Source: Eledone cirrhosa
Taxonomy: Eukaryota
Direction of reading: 5' to 3'
DNA length: 64,000 nucleotides
Assembly: GCA_964016885.1 (NCBI GenBank)
Contig: OZ024741.1
Location: 16,554,001 to 16,618,000 of the forward strand
Numbering within the stretch: position 1 is the stretch's first letter; each line of letters starts with the position of its first letter. The notes under the pieces are model-generated. The model saw only the letters and a program-made list of their open reading frames with translations, did no database searches and was not told where the DNA came from. The position numbers and the translations under genes are program-made. This document shows positions 58,369 to 64,000 of the stretch, one piece after another.

Positions 58369-59139
58369 AGTTTATATATATATATATTTACATGTGTGTG
58401 TGTAGTATATATATATATCACCATAATCATGCTTACATTTAATATCCGCTGCCCTACCAAGTGCTTTTTTCATGGCAGCAGGGCTATGAAGGTTGTCAGG
58501 TTTCTGAATCAATTGAGCCATCCTCTTGGCCCTTAGTTTGGTATATTTTCTGTTTAGATGTCCTTTCTATCACTAACCACCTTACAAGATCTACTGGGTG
58601 CATTTTTCATGGAACCACCACTAAAGATGTGTTATGACTGAAGGGTCCACTCAACCCTTTTATATGGTTTCTACAGCTGGAAGCCCTTCCTAACATCAAC
58701 CACCTTACAGAATGTATTGGGTGCATTTTATTGTGGTACCAGTATCAGGAAAGTTGTTGATCATAGAGTTGATTGAAGAGCCCTCCCTATCTTATGAGGG
58801 GTATAGGTGGGAATAAGAAGGGAGAGGCTATAAGACCTTATCATGAGGTGGAGTGGGTGACAGGTTTGTGATATGAGGAAGAGAAGAGTGAAGCATTATG
58901 TTAAGGCTGTAAGAGAGGTGTGGTGGTGGCCAAATAGTTGAGGACATCATACTGTCTTAGGAGGGTGACAAGTACAAGGTCTTCTTCACCCACTTATTCC
59001 TGAGGGGGTCGTGGGGGAAGAGTTCTCAAATACTTCTTCTGTTCAAGCAACAGACTTTCTATTATGAACACTTTCTTCCAGCATAGTCATCCATAAATAA
59101 ATACAAGGTGATTGAAATAAATATAAAAATAATTATCAT

Positions 59140-59460
59140 AGGTGCAAGTATGGCTGTGTGATAAAAGGGTTCACTTTGTAACTGGTTAGATCTGGGTTCA
59201 GTCCCATTCGGACAAGAGTTTTCTATAATAGCCTTGTGAGTGGAATTTGGAAACTAGAAGCTCATCACATATTTATATGTTCTCCACTGTGTCTGTGTTA
59301 TGTTAGGGTCTGTCTATTTCGTCCCGGAATTTGGCAGCTTGGCAAAAAAGAAATTGATGATAAAATAAATACTTGAAAAAATAAGTTCTTTATGATTAAC
59401 TAAATCAAGGAGGTTCCCCAATATGGCCGTGATCTATTGACTGAAACAAGTAAAAGAAAA
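59140..59460 (+). mobile_element. degenerate tRNA-headed SINE with a CR1/L2-like 3' end
   Basis: tggctgtgtg..gggttcagtccca head; ends ggttccccaatatggcc..ctgaaacaagtaaaaga, resembling 1121-1167. Confidence 0.5.
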
Positions 59461-59479
59461 ATCTTATCTGGTCTGTCTC

Positions 59480-59740
59480 AAGCCTGGAGGTTCATCAGGT
59501 CGGTACTTAGCCTGGTTTCATGGCTGGAAGCGACCGAGACTCCTCCTCCTTTTCTGGACACAACGGCAGTCTGTTGCAGGGTTAAACCCCCAGCTATTAC
59601 TGGTACTCATTTTCAGCTGAGTATACTGGAGTAATGTGAAATGAAGTGTTTTGCTCAAGAACACAACCCAGTCCAAGAATCAAACCCACGACATTATGAT
59701 GGTAAATCCAACACCCTTACCACTGGGCCATGTTCCTCCA
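59480..59740 (-). mobile_element. degenerate CORE-like SINE
   Basis: cagctgagtatactggagtaatgtgaaatgaagtgttttgctcaagaacacaac, as at 46060-46112. Confidence 0.65.
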
Positions 59741-60180
59741 TGTGGAAAAGACAAGAATAAAAGTAATTAAGATGAAATAGATATAAATCTATAAAGACAC
59801 AGAAAAGAACAACAAAAATGTAAAGACAAATAAGAATATAAACAAAAACAAACGAGCATGAACTCACCCCACTCCCCACCCCTCCATGTTGTTGTTGTTG
59901 TTCCTGAAATTAGTTTTAAAATAACTCAGCAAACAGATTCTCACATTGTGACACCACTATTTGCATTTTTAGATTGTGTGAGGGTAAAGGAGTCTATATG
60001 TGTGTGTGTGGGAGTAGAGAAGTATATACATGTGTATGTGTGTATAAATATTACTGGTTTTCAGACATTAGTCTGTAGCCATGTTGAAGAGGCCACACAC
60101 ACACACATATATAAATATATTCTAATTGTATCTAGTTAGCTTGGCCACTGCCATAACTTCAATTTTACTAACCTTCCATT

Positions 60181-60226
<46 letters not shown>

Positions 60227-60342
60227 CATATACAAACCCTAGATCTACCAACTCATATCATAATATAAAATTAAATCAAATTGTTTAGAATTACAAGTGA
60301 AGTCATTCTTTTCCTTTTTTTCAAATATATATATATATATGA

Positions 60343-60893
60343 TCATCATCATCGTTTAACGTCCATCTGCCACACTAGCATGGGTTAGACGGGAGTTGTC
60401 CCACTTGAGGCAAGGTTGGTCGGGTGACCGTGTCTCGCTCATATAGGACTATCTGGCAGGTTTTCTACGGCTGGATGCCCTTCCTAACACCAACCACATT
60501 TACAGTGTGGAACTGGGTACTTTTTACCGTGTTATCTAGACGGCCACATTACAACGTGGACTATGTGTTTTGTCGTGACACCTACACGATCTCGATCTCA
60601 TTATCTCATTTATTTGGACTGGATGTTGTGGTACCAACTTTACAGAGAGAGGGTGGTGTTAGTGGGAGGATAGGGTAAGGGTAGTGGGTTGGGATGTATA
60701 TTTGGTTAAGAGGTGCCTACTGGCTCTAGGTTTCGCTTTGACCATAGGCAAGGCGCGTCTTCTGTATTACTGCATAGCGTCAAAGATCTCTGTCCAGTGA
60801 CATTGTCTTAGAGAGGTGCAAGTGTGTAAGGTCGGAATTTATCAGATCGTTCCAGGTTTTTCTGGGTCTACCTACTCCGAAACTACCATCAAT
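60343..60893 (-). mobile_element. 3' fragment of RTE family A (ORF end, 3' UTR and tail)
   Basis: Reverse complement is collinear with 44575-45108. Confidence 0.9.
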
Positions 60894-61117
60894 TTATATA
60901 TATATATATATATATATATACTATTAATAATGAGTTCAAAACTCAGGCAGTCCTTTACAATGAAATAGCTCAAAGAAAGAAGTATTTCTGAGCCGGATAT
61001 GTTGGTATTTGTGTTTATCAAATATATTAATTTATATTAACTTATATATATATATTATATATATATATTATATATTATATATATATATTATATATATATG
61101 TATATATATGTATATAT

Positions 61118-62160
61118 ATCATCATCATCATCATCATCATTTTACGTCCGCTTTTCCCTGCTTGCAAGGGTGGGACGGGTCTTATTCAGCACAGCATCTC
61201 TCCACTCGTCACGGTCCCTCGTCATCTCCACCGTGAGCTTCAATGATCTGAGGTCTGTTCTCACCACCTCCGCCCATGTTTTTCGTGGTCTACCTCTACC
61301 ACGTCTTCCTTCAACTGGCATTTCCTGGCACTTCTTCACCCATCGGTCATCCTCCATGCGCATCACATGTCCATACCACCTCAGTCTCCTCTCCCGTACA
61401 CTACATTCTATCCCTCTCAGACACAGTTTCTCTCTCAACACATTTATGCTGGGTCGTTCACGCACATTTACACTGCACATCCAACGGAGCATGCTTGCCT
61501 CATTTCTCTCCAGCCGTCGCATATCTTCTGCGGTAGCTGCCCATGTCTCACTACCATGCAGCATCGCACTCCTCACACAGGCATCATACAACCGGCCTTT
61601 CGTACGCAGGGAGAAACCCTTCTTCATCAACAGAGGAAGCAGCTCCCTAAACTTCTTCCAACCCGTCCTTATTCTAGATACTATGGCCTCGGAACACCCT
61701 CCTCCCATGCTAATCTGATCTCCTAGGTACCGGAAGCTATCCACCACTTCTATAGCGCCCTCTCGCATTTGAAAAATGTGTCTATCAGTGCGACTTCTAC
61801 TGTCTAATTTCCCTGTACATCTACTGCATACATATTTCTCCCTACCTGTTAGTTTGCCTGCTATCCCGCTACATCTCTTGTGTACCCAGGACCTACATTG
61901 TGTGCATTTTATAGAATTTATGCCAGTTCCTTTTCTGCATATCGAACATGGCCATTTCCCTGACGGAATCAGGGTTTTGTCCTCTTTTCTACTCATCAAC
62001 ACTTTTGTCTTAGCTAGATTTACTCTCAGTCCTCTTGCTTCCAACTGCTGTTTCCATAGCCGGAATTTATTCTCTAGCTCCTCTACTGATTCTGCCATAA
62101 GAGCCAGATCGTCAGCATAGAGAAGTTCCCATGGACAGCCAGTCTTAAACTCCTCTGTTA
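61118..62160 (-). mobile_element. 5'-truncated RTE LINE (family C) whose ORF runs into the terminus; (TGA)n tail
   Basis: [12 protein letters not shown]-like finger, FRYLG and [11 protein letters not shown]; the stop codon at 61142 is immediately before the tail. Confidence 0.95.
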
Positions 62161-62312
62161 TATATATATATGTATGTGTATATATATGTATATATATATA
62201 TATATGTATGTATATATATATGTATATATATATATATATGTATGTATATATATATGTATATATATATATATATGTATGTATATATATATGTATATATATA
62301 TATATATGTATG

Positions 62313-62345
<33 letters not shown>

Positions 62346-62482
62346 ATATATATATGTATATGTATATATATATGTATGTATATATATATGTATATGTATA
62401 TATATATGTATATGTATATATATATGTATATATATATGTATATGTATATATATATGTATATATATATGTATATATATATATA
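62160..62482. repeat. (TA)n/(TATG) microsatellite between two divergent RTE 5' truncation points
   Basis: Read directly. Confidence 0.97.
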
Positions 62483-64000
62483 TAGAGAGCACTTTGATGA
62501 TCTTTTGAATCAGCCGTCTGTCGTCAGTGAAGATTTCCTCAATCTCATTCCAGAAAGACCTGTGAAAGTAGCTCTCGCAGAACCTCCGACGCTTGTGGAG
62601 GTTGCAGTGGCTATTTCGAAGCTGAACAGTGGAAGATCTCCAGGTATGGATGGCATACATGCTGAGCTCCTACAATATTGTGGTGAGAGACTCCTGCAAC
62701 ATCTTCACTCTTTGTTTGGCAGGATATGGGATAATGAATCCGTACCTGAGGACTGGAGAGATGCAGTAATGGTGGTCTTGTACAAGGGAAAGGGTAACAG
62801 GAACGTTTGTGGGAACTACTGTGGTATATCATTGCTTTCTGTCGTGGGGAAAGTTTTATGTAGGGTGCTTCTGGACCGTCTGCTGACACACATTGCAGAT
62901 TGTGTCCTTCCTGAAAGTCAATCTGGTTTTCGTGTTGGACGCGGCACTACTGATATGATCTTCTCAGCTAGACAGCTCCAGGAGAAGTGCATTGAACAGG
63001 GCTTGGATCTGTATCAGGTTTTTGTCGATCTGACAAAGGCTTTCGATACTGTCAACAGAGATGCATTATGGAAGGTTCTCCAGAAACTTGGTTGCCCTGA
63101 TAAGTTCCTTGCTTTAGTTAGGTCTTTCCATGACGACATGAAGGCTTGGGTTAATGTCGGAGGTAACATGTCGGAGCCTATCTCAGTAAAAAATGGAGTG
63201 AAACAGGGGGATATTCCAGCACCGACCCTGTTTGCCATATACTTTGCAATGGTTTTCTGTGTTGCATTCAGGAATTGCGAGCATGGTGTTTACATCCGAT
63301 ATCGAACCTCAGGCAGCATATTTAACATCAGGCGCTTTGCTGCGAAGACAAAAGTATTTACATCAGTCATAAGAGACCTCTTGTATGCAGATGATTGCGA
63401 TCTTGTAGCGCACACAGAGAGTGATATGCAGCACATTTTGAATGTATTTTCTGACGCTTGCACTGCCCTGGGTTTGACTGTCAGTCTCAAGAAAACCGTC
63501 GTCATGTACCAACCTGCACCTGGTAGGCAGTACACTGAACCAAACATCTATGTGTATGGCAAACGACTTGGAGTGGTTGATCAGTTTGTCTACCTGGGAA
63601 GCACTGTCAATCGATACGGCAACCTTGACAGTGAAATCTCACTTAGGATTAGGAAAGCAAGTGATGCTTTCGGAAAGCTAGAAAGGCGACTCTGGGGTCG
63701 GCGAGACATATGCAGGAGGACAAAGGTAAAGGTGTACAGGGCATGTGTACTCTCTTGTCTTCTTTATGCCTGCGAGACCTGGGTCACATATCGACGCCAC
63801 CTTAAGCAATTGGAGCGTTTCCATCAGATGTGTCTCAGACGGATACATGGCGTTCACTGGAGGGACCACATCAGTGATGTCGAGATTTTGGAAAGCTCTA
63901 TGTGTGACAGTATAGAAGCTCTTGTGCTTAAGCAGCGACTCCGTTGGAGTGGTCACCTTGCCAGGATGAAGGATTCTAGAATACCAAAACAACTCTTCTA
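62483..64000 (+). mobile_element. 5'-truncated RTE-clade LINE of a different lineage with no PHD insertion; frame appears open to the window end
   Basis: Manual translation gives [64 protein letters not shown] and [10 protein letters not shown]. Confidence 0.92.

Overview
Repeat-saturated eukaryotic DNA with no recognisable host gene. The combination of (TA)n/(CA)n microsatellites, tRNA-headed Meta-domain and CORE-like SINEs with (TGA)n/(ATT)n tails and RTE LINEs suggests an invertebrate, plausibly a cephalopod such as Octopus (inference only). Contents: a CR1/L2-like LINE 3' part (1-1185); a dense stack of hammerhead-ribozyme-like motifs of Penelope pseudo-LTR type, all on the minus strand and separated by microsatellites (1.8-5.2 kb); a defective hAT/Buster-type transposon inserted at a site shared with a G-rich 39-bp minisatellite (6.1-8.7 kb); a ~22.5-kb GGCT(GT)n satellite with a 6508-bp higher-order repeat (9.1-31.6 kb); and a mosaic of SINEs, MITEs, a non-autonomous Helitron, CRE-clade 3' fragments and six RTE copies or fragments. 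Four of the RTE copies show a C4HC3 PHD-like finger inserted in the RT domain. The most notable signals are the hammerhead cluster (including variants with an enlarged stem II), the PHD-RTE lineage with its partner SINE and apparently captured 3' UTR, and the satellite higher-order structure. Almost all other ORFs in the track are microsatellite, satellite or antisense artefacts. All alignments and folds were done by eye, so element boundaries are approximate.
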